From: Deltaproteobacteria bacterium
GTDB taxonomy: Bacteria; Desulfobacterota; Deferrimicrobia; Deferrimicrobiales; Deferrimicrobiaceae
Length of the DNA: 64,000 bases
Assembly: GCA_016218975.1 (NCBI GenBank)
Contig: JACRCO010000053.1
Location: forward strand, 15,523-79,522
Direction: 5' to 3'
A program made the position numbers and the translations under genes. The notes below the pieces were generated by a model. That model was not told the DNA's origin and made no database searches. It saw only the letters and a program-made list of their open reading frames with translations. This document shows positions 63,840 to 64,000 of the stretch, in pieces (within the stretch, counting starts at the first letter, position 1; every line of letters begins with the position of its first letter).

Positions 63840-64000
63840 CTACGCCGGAACGCACGCAGCGGTGGGACACACCCCTGCGCAAGCGGCGCAATCGGTGCAC
63901 TTGCCCGCATCGATCGTGTAAATGGGGTCCCCCTCCGAAATGCACTGGGCGGGGCACTCCGGAACGCACGCGCCGCAAGCGATGCATTCCTCGGTTATTT
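63840..64000 (-). CDS. 2x[4Fe-4S] ferredoxin, C-terminal part only (5' end beyond window)
   Basis: Minus frame reads ...ITEECIACGACVPECPAQCISEGDPIYTIDAGKCTDCAACAGVCPTAACVPA*, two CxxCxxCxxxCP motifs, stop at 63840. Not in the ORF track (no in-window start). Confidence 0.6.
   Translation of the reverse strand, partial: ITEECIACGACVPECPAQCISEGDPIYTIDAGKCTDCAACAGVCPTAACVPA

Noticed and set aside
63343-63987. ORFs 63343..63777 (+) and 63655..63987 (-), both containing DVPVLKNGDVPELF
   Set aside because: Both are read across the long inverted repeat, hence the mirrored peptide. The minus ORF is in the wrong frame relative to the genuine ferredoxin reading frame (..CIACGACVPECP..CTDCAACAGVCP..).

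Overview
This is a high-GC window in which nearly all genes lie on the minus strand. It looks like a deltaproteobacterial (Geobacter-like) extracellular-electron-transfer gene island. No rRNA, tRNA, CRISPR array or transposase was seen.

Contents, left to right:
- A partial secreted-protein gene at the left edge and a YbaY-like secreted protein.
- A ~1,690-aa secreted beta-helix protein with four tandem ~86-aa repeats (plus strand).
- Two long minus-strand gene arrays:
  - 19.4 -> 6.5 kb: OmcS-family hexaheme cytochrome, YVTN beta-propeller lipoprotein, predicted outer-membrane barrel, two CsgG/LpoB/DUF799-like lipoproteins, SurA-like chaperone, 26-heme and 16-heme cytochromes, NHL-repeat protein.
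  - 44.7 -> 23.0 kb: NHL protein, two divergent OmcS-related hexahemes, TolB-like protein, two NHL proteins, hexaheme, ~10-heme cytochrome, second barrel plus two lipoproteins, a 42-heme cytochrome, two PhnD-like binding proteins, sensor kinase, sigma-54 activator.
- A third module at 58.2 -> 45.4 kb: PhnD-like protein, kinase, sigma-54 regulator, MtrA-like decaheme, MtrB/PioB-like porin, OmcS-related hexaheme, then a second PhnD-like/kinase/regulator set.
- A plus-strand OmcS paralog and a receiver-PilZ protein at 20.8 to 23.0 kb.
- A housekeeping right flank: O-methyltransferase, cysS, IscU, IscS, two small rubrerythrin-like proteins, TlpA-like thiol:disulfide oxidoreductase, a 55-bp-arm inverted repeat, and a partial 2x[4Fe-4S] ferredoxin.

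Most notable observations:
- Two GEMM-I (cyclic-dinucleotide) riboswitch candidates sit in the leaders of OmcS-family genes, and their P2 stems covary.
- Two sensor kinases carry a CxxCH heme-binding motif in the periplasmic loop.
- The PhnD-like / kinase / sigma-54 activator module occurs three times.
- The barrel-plus-twin-lipoprotein unit, embedded in cytochrome operons, occurs twice.
- An MtrAB-like conduit is paired with an OmcS-related hexaheme instead of MtrC.
- TTCCAT/ATGGAA and GGAAAC palindromic motifs recur in several intergenic regions.

Many long plus-strand ORFs in the supplied track are antisense shadow ORFs of the cytochrome genes and were rejected.
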